Source: Aliivibrio fischeri ES114 (GTDB lineage: Bacteria > Pseudomonadota > Gammaproteobacteria > Enterobacterales > Vibrionaceae). From it: a stretch of 32,000 nucleotides of DNA. The notes beneath the pieces were generated by a model. It worked only from the letters and a program-made list of their open reading frames with translations, was not told the origin of the DNA and did not search any database. Shown here piece after piece: positions 31,952-32,000 of this stretch. The stretch is from NCBI RefSeq assembly GCF_000011805.1, contig NC_006840.2; one strand, 5' to 3'. Both the position numbers and the translations under genes were made by a program. Numbering within the stretch: position 1 is the stretch's first letter; each line of letters starts with the position of its first letter.

Positions 31952-32000
31952 TTATGACGCTTGTACAGAGAAGCGATAGCCCGCACCACGAACCGTTTGA
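31952..32000 (-). CDS. phoB: Phosphate regulon response regulator PhoB, C-terminal fragment (cut by window edge)
   Basis: Minus strand encodes QTVRGAGYRFSVQAS*, the end of an OmpR/PhoB wHTH domain, directly upstream of phoR. Confidence 0.85.
   Translation of the reverse strand, partial: QTVRGAGYRFSVQAS

Overview
This window looks like ordinary Vibrionaceae core chromosome. Protein sequences and gene order suggest an Aliivibrio/Vibrio fischeri-like organism, but that is inference. The gene blocks are: frr(partial)-pyrH-tsf-rpsB (-); map-glnD-yaeH/DUF3461 (+); secF/secD/yajC/tgt/queA (-); a CBS-domain gene (+); aceA/aceB (-); oxyR (-) divergent from a 2-Cys peroxiredoxin (+); cutC (+); a YgiW/YdeI-type OB-fold protein and an outer-membrane beta-barrel (-); a LysR regulator (+); a second small beta-barrel (+); a surface-repeat-like protein (-); and phoU-pstB-pstA-pstC-pstS-phoR-phoB(partial) (-). 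I found no tRNA, rRNA, CRISPR array, IS element or phage module, and no defence-like or otherwise plausible new multi-gene system. The most interesting signals are non-coding: a 161-bp palindromic MITE-like repeat in a 3' UTR; an orphan two-hairpin terminator module downstream of the LysR gene (candidate sRNA); a pseudoknot-like rpsB leader; terminator-like hairpins between co-directional genes (rpsB/tsf, tsf/pyrH, map/glnD, yajC/secD); a structured queA-tgt spacer; a Pho-box-like site inside the pst operon; and a long aceB upstream region with repeated AT-rich motifs and an orphan Shine-Dalgarno sequence.
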